DNA of 32,000 bases from Pyrobaculum aerophilum str. IM2 (lineage in GTDB: Archaea > Thermoproteota > Thermoprotei > Thermoproteales > Thermoproteaceae), in NCBI RefSeq assembly GCF_000007225.1, contig NC_003364.1:1530001-1562000 (forward strand), read 5' to 3'. Both the position numbers and the translations under genes were made by a program. The first letter of the stretch is position 1. Each line of letters opens with the position of its first letter. Below the pieces are notes generated by a model. That model saw nothing but the letters and a program-made list of their open reading frames with translations, made no database searches and was not told where the DNA came from. Shown in pieces: positions 23,761 through 30,630 of this stretch.

Positions 23761-25128
23761 ATGCCCATGCCAGCTCCTCTGGAGCCCCACGGCGGTCGTT
23801 TAGTATATAACGTAATTGAGGACAGAGATAAGGCGGCGGCTATGATACAAGGGCTGCCGTCTATTGAAATTGAGCCGACGTTAGGCCCCGACGGCTCGCC
23901 TATCCGCAACCCGTATAGAGAGATCATGTCTATTGCATACGGCTTCTTCAGCCCGGTGGAGGGCTTTATGACGAGAAATGAAGTGGAGTCGATTCTCAAA
24001 GAGAGGAGGCTTTTAAACGGCTGGCTCTTCCCCTTCCCCTTGATATACGACGTCGACGAGGAGAAGATTAAGGGCATTAAAGAGGGAGACTCAGTCCTTC
24101 TAAAGCTCAAGGGTAAGCCTCTCGCCGTGTTGAACGTTGAGGAAATATGGAGGCTTCCAGACCGCAAAGAGCTGGCCGATGCGGTCTTCGGCACGCCGGA
24201 GAGAAATAAGGAGGTTGTGAAGAAGAGATTTGACGAGAAACACCCAGGGTGGCTGATCTACCGATCGATGAGGCCGATGGCCCTCGCCGGAAAAATTACT
24301 GTTGTAAATCCGCCGAGGTTTAAAGAGCCTTACTCGCGGTTTTGGATGCCTCCGCGCGTCTCGAGGGAGTACGTGGAGAAAAAGGGGTGGCGGATAGTAG
24401 TTGCCCACCAGACTAGAAACGTCCCCCACATAGGCCACGAGATGCTTATGAAAAGGGCAATGTTCGTGGCGGGAGGCGAGAGGCCTGGAGACGCCGTTTT
24501 AGTCAACGCTATAATTGGCGCCAAGCGGCCTGGGGACTACGTGGATGAGGCGATTTTAGAAGGCCACGAGGCGTTGAACAAAGCCGGGTATTTCCACCCA
24601 GACCGCCACGTGGTCACCATGACGCTATGGGATATGCGCTACGGCAACCCTCTTGAGTCTCTTCTACACGGCATAATTAGGCAGAACATGGGGGCTACTC
24701 ACCACATGTTCGGCCGCGACCACGCCGCGACTGGCGACTATTACGACCCCTACGCCACGCAGTACTTATGGACCAGAGGGCTCCCCAGCTACGGCTTAAA
24801 CGAGCCTCCCCACATGACTGACAAGGGGCTGAGGATAAAGCCGGTTAACCTCGGCGAGTTCGCCTATTGTCCCAAATGCGGCGAGTATACATACCTCGGC
24901 ATGTCCTACGAGGGGTATAAAGAAGTGGCGCTGTGTGGACACACGCCGGAGCGCATCTCCGGCTCCCTCCTCCGCGGCATTATAATAGAGGGCTTGAGGC
25001 CGCCTAAAGTGGTGATGAGGCCTGAGGTATACGACGTAATTGTGAAGTGGTGGAGGGTATACGGCTATCCCTACGTGACCGATAAATACCTAAGAATAAA
25101 GGAACAAGAGCTAGAGGTGGAGCTATGA
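23761..25128 (+). CDS. sat: Sulfate adenylyltransferase (ATP sulfurylase)
   Basis: The motif HQTRNVPHIGHEMLMKRA and the downstream GRDHAA are ATP-sulfurylase signatures. There is a C-terminal Cys pattern CPKCGEY...CGH. Confidence 0.9.
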   Translation: MPMPAPLEPHGGRLVYNVIEDRDKAAAMIQGLPSIEIEPTLGPDGSPIRNPYREIMSIAYGFFSPVEGFMTRNEVESILKERRLLNGWLFPFPLIYDVDEEKIKGIKEGDSVLLKLKGKPLAVLNVEEIWRLPDRKELADAVFGTPERNKEVVKKRFDEKHPGWLIYRSMRPMALAGKITVVNPPRFKEPYSRFWMPPRVSREYVEKKGWRIVVAHQTRNVPHIGHEMLMKRAMFVAGGERPGDAVLVNAIIGAKRPGDYVDEAILEGHEALNKAGYFHPDRHVVTMTLWDMRYGNPLESLLHGIIRQNMGATHHMFGRDHAATGDYYDPYATQYLWTRGLPSYGLNEPPHMTDKGLRIKPVNLGEFAYCPKCGEYTYLGMSYEGYKEVALCGHTPERISGSLLRGIIIEGLRPPKVVMRPEVYDVIVKWWRVYGYPYVTDKYLRIKEQELEVEL

Positions 25129-25469
25129 CATATAAAATAGGGCTTTTAATAGACGAGAAGAGATACGAGGCTATTAAAAACACCCCGCTGGCCCAGAGTT
25201 TAAAGTCTATGTTCGGCGGCGAGATAAAGATGTTAGAGGTTGAGGTTGATGAAGAGACCGCCAAGAGAATACTCGCGGAATTCCCGTCGGCCAGAGTAGA
25301 CGCGAGGGGCTTTCTCGAGGATCTGCCAGTGGCGTTTAAGAGGGCGCTCTTCGAGGCCATAGCCCAGGAGGGGAATGCGGACAAATCGGTGTTCGAAAAA
25401 GTGTTTCAAAAAATCGACGTTATTAAAGAGGCGGCGAAGAAGGAGAAAGAATACGTGCCCCCGCCGTAG
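25125..25469 (+). CDS. Hypothetical 114-aa protein translationally coupled to sat
   Basis: ATGA overlap with the sat stop. Charged, helical-looking protein with a lysine/glutamate-rich tail. No family recognised. Confidence 0.5.
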   Translation: MTYKIGLLIDEKRYEAIKNTPLAQSLKSMFGGEIKMLEVEVDEETAKRILAEFPSARVDARGFLEDLPVAFKRALFEAIAQEGNADKSVFEKVFQKIDVIKEAAKKEKEYVPPP

Positions 25470-25647
25470 GTTGGAGCAATACTTTTTTCAAATAGGCCGA
25501 GTGCTTAACGACAAACACATAAGTTTTCCCATCCTTCTCAGTCCTTATAGTTACGCCCTTGAAGTTTTTAACCGCCTCCGACAGGGGGAGCCCGGCGTAT
25601 TGAGGCGGGAACTCCACCACGTCGTTTTTCGCCCTTATATACGCCAC
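25423..25647 (-). CDS. Possible small protein (74 aa)
   Basis: ORF with a GTG start. The N-terminal 50 aa look protein-like (AYIRAKNDVVEFPPQYAGLPLSEAVKNFKGVTIRTEKDGKTYVFVVKH). The C-terminal tail overlaps the convergent gene by 47 nt. Confidence 0.3.
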   Translation of the reverse strand: MAYIRAKNDVVEFPPQYAGLPLSEAVKNFKGVTIRTEKDGKTYVFVVKHSAYLKKVLLQPTAGARILSPSSPPL

Positions 25648-25767
25648 TACGTCGCATAGACAGAACTTTTACAACACCTCTTCGTATTCCATATGGATCA
25701 CTGGACTATTCCTAAAATACTTTATTACTAGGCCGTGGGAAACACCTATTTTCAATAATGTGGGAAC

Positions 25768-25779
25768 AATTTTATTAAA
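25768..25779 (+). promoter_or_regulatory. TATA-like box upstream of dsrM
   Basis: aattttattaaa ends 21 nt before ATG 25800. Confidence 0.4.
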
Positions 25780-25799
25780 GGCAATACAGAGGTTCACAT

Positions 25800-26558
25800 A
25801 TGGACCCAGTCACAATAATTTTATACGGCGTATTTCCCTATATTTCACTACTGCTTTTTGCGGGGGGCGTGTTGTATAGACTCGGCAGCTGGCTGTCCGC
25901 CAGCGGCCTCACGGGGCTTTACTCAGTGGCGGTTAAGGGCTATACCTGGAGCTTTGGCTCCAGGCTGGGGGAGGTTTTAAAACGGGTTTTCCTCCTATAC
26001 ACCTTGACGATGTCCGACAAAATGCTTTTAGTGGGCTCGTTCCTATTCCACTGGGGCATTTGGATAGCGTTGCTGGGCCACGCCTCTATGATTATCCCGC
26101 CGGAGCAATTCGGCATGCCTAAAGAGACGCATAAGGCCATTGCGCTATACGCCGGAGGGACAGCTGGCGTCATGTCGCTAATAGGCTTAGTGATACTCCT
26201 CATAAGAAGGATTGTGAGGAGCGACGTGAGGAGGCTGAGCTTTCTAGACGACTGGTTCGCCTTAATCCTCCTGCTCCTCCTCGTGGCCGTGGGGAATTAC
26301 CAGACGCTTGTGCTACGCCCTGACTACATGGAGACTGTAGCCCCGTGGGTCCAGTCCGTGTTGGCGGGGAGCCCCAGGCTTGAGCTAGTGGAACACTGGG
26401 ACTTCGCCACTAAGCTACACGTCTTCCTGGCGCTGTTGTTTATCGCGTACGTCCCGTTCGGTAAGTTAATACACCCCTTCTCCTTCTTGGCAATGCCGAC
26501 GTTGTGGAAAAGCCCCACGAAACTATACGGCTACATATTGGCGAAAATAAGAGGGTAA
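25800..26558 (+). CDS. dsrM: DsrM (NarI/HdrE-like membrane di-heme b subunit)
   Basis: Five to six hydrophobic helices. The conserved His-bearing segments FHWGIWIALLGH and HVFLALLFIAYVPFGKLIHPF are typical of NarI-like cytochrome b. Confidence 0.85.
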   Translation: MDPVTIILYGVFPYISLLLFAGGVLYRLGSWLSASGLTGLYSVAVKGYTWSFGSRLGEVLKRVFLLYTLTMSDKMLLVGSFLFHWGIWIALLGHASMIIPPEQFGMPKETHKAIALYAGGTAGVMSLIGLVILLIRRIVRSDVRRLSFLDDWFALILLLLLVAVGNYQTLVLRPDYMETVAPWVQSVLAGSPRLELVEHWDFATKLHVFLALLFIAYVPFGKLIHPFSFLAMPTLWKSPTKLYGYILAKIRG

Positions 26559-26609
26559 TTAACAACTTTTTTGAAATAAGATTTATAGAAGACCCACGGC
26601 TATTCACAC

Positions 26610-28330
26610 ATGACTGTAGCGGAGGCACAACACGCACACGAGGCGGTTTCCGCCCCGTCTTTGTTCAAAGCCGCCTACAACGAAAGACACCTATCCGGTA
26701 CCGCTCTTATTCAAAACCGCCGACGGCACACGGCGCAGTTACTTTCATAAGTCAGGAAATCATGTCAGGAAAGCGTACTTCCTCTTGACAAATGCCAATA
26801 TCAGGACGACTGGCAAATTGCTGAGCAAGGCGGCTCTAGCCTTGAACAAACCCCCACAGTTAATCAATGTTAAATACCAGTTGAATTAGAGACATGGAGT
26901 CCCCCTACGCCCCCCACCCCGCCCCGGGCAGGGCGGGGCGGCCCTGGCGCGCGGGCCGAAGGCGGGGAGAGCCCGCCGAGGGGGTTAGCGACACTCCGGG
27001 CGTTGCCCGCCCCGGAAGCCTCTGGCGATCCGGGGCCCCGTGCCCCCCCGGGACGCCCGGAGAGCAGAAAGGGGGCATGTGTCTAGACAACTGCCCCACC
27101 TACGTGAGGACTTAGGATATTTTCAACTCGCCGGTGGGCAGGGCGGAGTTGTTAAGGGCTGTGTTAAAAGCCGACTCGCCCAGCGGAAAAATCTTCGGAA
27201 AATTAGTCGGGGCGGCGAAACTCACTGAGGAGCACTTAGAGAAAATATATACCTACTACTACCAATGCCTGGAGTGTAGGAAGTGCGCATACGCCTGTCC
27301 CTTCGGCATTGACCAAGCCGATATAACCCGGCTGGTTAGGGATGTGATGTATGAGGCAGGTATAATTTCGAAATACATCGCGACGGTAATAGACGCAGTG
27401 GAGAGGACTGGCACTAACCTCGGCATGAAGCCTCTGGCGGTAGTCAAGTCTATTACATTCGCCGCGGGGGAGATAAAGGAGGAGAAAAAAGTGGAAGTGG
27501 AGTATTACATTTACAGAGACGATCAGGGGAAGATGTTAAAATATAAAGGCGATCAGCTAGTGGGCGAGGTGACTAAGGAATCAGGGGACTGGCCCGAGGC
27601 CTTGTTATTACCTCCTTCCGCCGACTTCTTTACAAATATAGAGACGTTAAAGGGGTATATGCTCTTCCTCCACCTAATGGGAATTAAATTCGCCTTCTCC
27701 ACTGAAATGGCCGAGCTGGCAAACTTCGGCTTGTTCGCAAGCGAGAGGCACATGAAGTTCATCGGCCAGAAGGCGGTGAACGCCGCCTTAAGGCTTGGGG
27801 TTAAGTTCGTAATTGCGGGGGAGTGCGGACACGGATGGAGGGCGTTTAAAAACTACACAGGCCCGGAGCTGGAGAAACACGGCATTAAGACAATGCACGT
27901 ATTCCACCTCGTAATAGACGCTATTAAAAACGGCAAATTGAAGCTAAACCCTGAGGCGAATGGAGATATAGTGTACACATTCCAAGACTCTTGTAACTAC
28001 GCCAGAGGCGGCGATTTGACTGAGGAGCCCCGGTTTATAATTAAACACGTGGTGAAGAAATTCGTCGAGTCTCCCAACAACCGGGAGAAGACTTGGTGTT
28101 GCGGCGGCGGGGGAGGCCTGTTGACTGACGGGCTTTTGCCGTAGAGAATTCAATACGCCAAGAACTGGTACGAAGACGCCTTGAAGGCAGGCGCCAACCA
28201 CGTGGTGAGGGCTTGCGCCATATGCAAGGCGCAGCTAAGCCACACTATTCCGCACCTCAACAAGGAGTACGGCAAAAGTATTACATACAGCGGGTTAATG
28301 GATTTAGTCTACAAGGCCACAGTGGTGTAA
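26610..28330 (+). pseudogene. dsrK: DsrK (HdrD-like CCG-domain Fe-S protein), disrupted. The 5' third is scrambled, and there are in-frame TAGs at 27113-27115 and 28142-28144.
   Basis: The body reads ...GMCLDNCPTYVRT*DIFNSPVGRAELL...YQCLECRKCAYACPFG...TWCCGGGGGLLTDGLLP*RIQYAKNWYEDALKAGANHVVRACAICKAQL... in a single frame, ending at TAA 28328-28330. A DsrK-like N-terminal segment (KPPTTKDTYPVPLLFK) lies in a different frame at ~26665-26715. The start is uncertain. Confidence 0.8.
26898..27075 (+). other. Extremely GC-rich structured element embedded in the dsrK 5' region (possible ncRNA, intron or insertion)
   Basis: By hand count, 134 of 160 nt are G or C in 26901-27060, against ~45% in the preceding 60 nt. 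Nested helices: 26901-06/27070-75, 26917-24/26931-38, 26939-44/26953-58, 26961-66/26972-77, 26994-27002/27054-62 and 27009-15/27030-36. Confidence 0.5.
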
Positions 28331-28428
28331 TAGCTGGCAATAAATTCGAATTCTATTCGAAATTTATTTCGCAGATATTCCTATTTTGCCAGTTAATAAT
28401 ACATTTTAACATAAGTATCGACGATTCT

Positions 28429-29571
28429 ATGAAATCGGTAGTAATAATAGGTGGGGGAGTTGGGGGCTTGTTCACCGCCAATAAATTGGCGTCTAAATTA
28501 TCGGCAGAAATTAGAAGAGGCGAGGTGTCAGTAACTGTAGTGGAGCCTCAAGACAGACAAGTGTACCAGCCGGGCTTTCTATACGTGCCGTTTAAAGAAT
28601 TAACGCCTGATGTAATGTTCAAGCCTGTGTCTAAACTGGTGTCGCCGTTAGTAAAAGTGGAGAGAGAGCCCGCGGCTAAAATTGACCTGTCGGCGAAGAA
28701 AATAGTTTTGCAAAGCGGTAAGGAGCTGAAATATGACTACTTAATCGTGGCGACTGGGGCTGTGGTGAAGACGGGGAGCTACCCCGGGTTTGGAGAGGCG
28801 TGGCACACCTTATGGACTTATGAAGGCGCTAAGAGACTGAGGGAGGCGTTGAGGAGGTTTAACGGCGGCACAATCGTAGTCTCTGTGACGTCTACGCCGT
28901 ATAAATGCCCCGTCGCTCCGTACGAGTTCCTCGGACTCTTGAACGACTATTTAATGGCCACCGGGCTCAGGGCGAAGACAAAGGTTATTTTCACCACAGT
29001 GGCGCCGCACCTCCACGCCCAGCCGCAAGTCAATAAATTCCTAGAGGAGATCATGAGGATGTGGGGCTTTGATTACAAGACGAAATTCCAAGTAAACGCA
29101 ATAGAGCCCGGCAAAATCTCCGGCCCGGAGGAGATTAAGGCAGATTTAATTATGGCAGTGCCGCCTCACGGAGGCTCCGAGGTTGTGACTAAGTCCGGGA
29201 TAGGAGACCAAGCTGGGTGGGTGCCAGTGGATAGACACACGCTTCAGATTCAAGCCCAGGGCGCCACTGGGGCGGAATACGCCATAGGCGACGCCACTAA
29301 CCTTCCAGTTCCTAAGGCGGGTTCCGTGGCTCACTTCCAGAGCGAGATTGTGTCGTCGAGAATAGCAGAGGAGATACAATTGGGATACTCCGACACTGAA
29401 TACGACGGCCGCGTTATATGTTTTATACTCACAGGCTTTGAAGAGGCAACTGTGGTCTCGTGGAATTACGAAAACCCGGCGAAATACCCGCCGCCTCCCA
29501 GCCGCTTCTTCAACCGCTTGAAAGACATGACTAATTACTCTATATGGTCAGTGATGAGGTGCGGGCTATGA
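28429..29571 (+). CDS. FAD-dependent pyridine-nucleotide-disulfide oxidoreductase, SQR/NDH-2 family
   Basis: N-terminal VVIIGGGVGGLFTA dinucleotide fold, then IVATGA, YKCPVAPYEF and AIGDATN. I placed the start at ATG 28429. The ORF-track extension from 28213 lies over the out-of-frame dsrK 3' end and the spacer that follows it. Confidence 0.8.
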   Translation: MKSVVIIGGGVGGLFTANKLASKLSAEIRRGEVSVTVVEPQDRQVYQPGFLYVPFKELTPDVMFKPVSKLVSPLVKVEREPAAKIDLSAKKIVLQSGKELKYDYLIVATGAVVKTGSYPGFGEAWHTLWTYEGAKRLREALRRFNGGTIVVSVTSTPYKCPVAPYEFLGLLNDYLMATGLRAKTKVIFTTVAPHLHAQPQVNKFLEEIMRMWGFDYKTKFQVNAIEPGKISGPEEIKADLIMAVPPHGGSEVVTKSGIGDQAGWVPVDRHTLQIQAQGATGAEYAIGDATNLPVPKAGSVAHFQSEIVSSRIAEEIQLGYSDTEYDGRVICFILTGFEEATVVSWNYENPAKYPPPPSRFFNRLKDMTNYSIWSVMRCGL

Positions 29572-30023
29572 CGGCCCAAGAGCTCAAGCCCAGCGAGGAG
29601 AAAATAGAAAAACTCATAGAATTGCTTCAACAAGACAAAGTCCAAGAGGCTTTGATAAGCATAGTTGAGCGCCTCGACATAATTAAAGAGTTGGTCAACA
29701 CGCTGTATGACTTCAAGAGGAGCGGAGTATTAGATGACCTGTTAAACGCCGCCGCCTCGCTTAGGTTCTTCACCGAGGGCCTACTCACCAGGGAGTTCAT
29801 GGAAAGAGTATCTATACTACAAGAGGTGGCCCTGATTGCCGGCAACAATTTAGCAATGGACAGCTCTAAGGTGGACTGTCTCACATACGCCGTAGCCGCA
29901 GCGGATGACGCAAAGCCCGTGGGCCTATTTGGCTTATTAAACGCCTTGAGAGATCCAGAGGTGCAGAGAGGACTGGGCTTTTTAATAGCAGTGCTTAAAA
30001 AACTCGGTTCTTGCCAGCGCTGA
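29568..30023 (+). CDS. DUF1641-family protein
   Basis: ATGA overlap with the flavoprotein stop. The C-terminal GLFGLLNALRDPEVQRGLGFLIAVLKKLG matches the DUF1641 pattern as I remember it. Confidence 0.7.
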   Translation: MTAQELKPSEEKIEKLIELLQQDKVQEALISIVERLDIIKELVNTLYDFKRSGVLDDLLNAAASLRFFTEGLLTREFMERVSILQEVALIAGNNLAMDSSKVDCLTYAVAAADDAKPVGLFGLLNALRDPEVQRGLGFLIAVLKKLGSCQR

Positions 30024-30035
30024 AATCCCCCCTTT

Positions 30036-30557
30036 TTACGTTGAATTTAACATCTCGTACCGTCTTATAATTTTCAACTCTGTAGCGCTGAGCTTCCTCC
30101 TAGCCACTTCAGACTTCTTTAATTCGCCCTCCCGAGCCGTCACCTTGTATATGGTGATCTCCCCGGGGTCTTCCCGCACGGCGTATCTGACCTCCTTGCC
30201 CTCTATCAGCTTGGGGAAATCGGCGAGTTCCTCAACGGCGTAGTAGGCGGGAGTGTGAAGTATGGCGACTCTCTCCACATACGGAAGTAGAGACGCCACG
30301 GCCTCGGCGAGGTCGTTTCTATAAGGCCCCATTAAAAAGAGGGCGTGTCTAGCGGAGTTGCGGAACTGCGCAGCGGGGACGGCCTCTACCCTCTTGCCCC
30401 TCGCCATTAACAAGGCCGTAATGGCAGAGGCCATTGAGATACAGCTGGGCGAGTTTTCAAAAACTATAACCACGTCGTCTAAATCAGAGGCCATGTCGGC
30501 GTATATTAAAGAGAGGACAGCTCTGTACTCCACCTCGGCCCCCTCCATTGAGGACAT
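30036..30557 (-). CDS. Hypothetical protein
   Basis: 173-aa ORF with coding-like composition. No motif recognised. Confidence 0.4.
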   Translation of the reverse strand: MSSMEGAEVEYRAVLSLIYADMASDLDDVVIVFENSPSCISMASAITALLMARGKRVEAVPAAQFRNSARHALFLMGPYRNDLAEAVASLLPYVERVAILHTPAYYAVEELADFPKLIEGKEVRYAVREDPGEITIYKVTAREGELKKSEVARRKLSATELKIIRRYEMLNST

Positions 30558-30630
30558 TGCGAATACTAGTTTTAAACATTGAGGGGCGAAATCAAGTGAG
30601 CATTAAAATACTGTTGCCAGTTGGCAGTAT

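Noticed and set aside
23754-24438. Minus-strand ORFs 23754-24194 and 24100-24438.
   Set aside because: They are antisense to the well-supported sat gene and give serine/arginine/leucine-rich shadow translations.
25010-25030. Possible C/D-box sRNA signals: gtgatga followed by ctga here, and gtgatga at ~29549.
   Set aside because: Both lie inside well-supported coding frames (sat and the SQR-like gene). They lack the C-guide-D'/C'-guide-D spacing and terminal pairing expected of archaeal C/D sRNAs.
26898-27075. Identification of the GC-rich element as RNase P RNA, SRP RNA, a tRNA or a canonical BHB intron.
   Set aside because: - I could not find the conserved GAGGAAAGUCC-type RNase P core.
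- I found no SRP helix-8 motifs at an appropriate length.
- I found no GTTCRAATC T-loop.
- The flanking helices give a 2-nt/4-nt bulge geometry rather than a 3-4-3 bulge-helix-bulge, and excision does not restore the Fe-S motif.
26894-27115. ORF 26894-27115 (+) and ORF 26905-27099 (-), encoding P/G/R/A-rich peptides.
   Set aside because: They are simply stop-free readings of the ~84% GC element, where all frames are open. The composition is not protein-like for a thermophile, so I treat the region as an RNA or DNA element instead.
422-28144. Genome-wide reassignment of TAG to a sense codon (for example pyrrolysine-like), as the explanation for the in-frame ambers.
   Set aside because: TAG also terminates several well-delimited genes in this window: the dsrE-like gene at 2341, the 203-aa ORF at 7172, the ThiS-like gene at 10721 and the rhodanese at 11407. 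No Pyl machinery is visible. Only context-dependent read-through remains a possible alternative to decay.
28213-28428. The N-terminal 72 codons of ORF-track entry 28213-29571, as part of the SQR-like protein.
   Set aside because: This stretch lies over the out-of-frame conserved dsrK C-terminus (to 28330) and the AT-rich spacer after it. The flavoprotein dinucleotide-binding fold starts right after ATG 28429.
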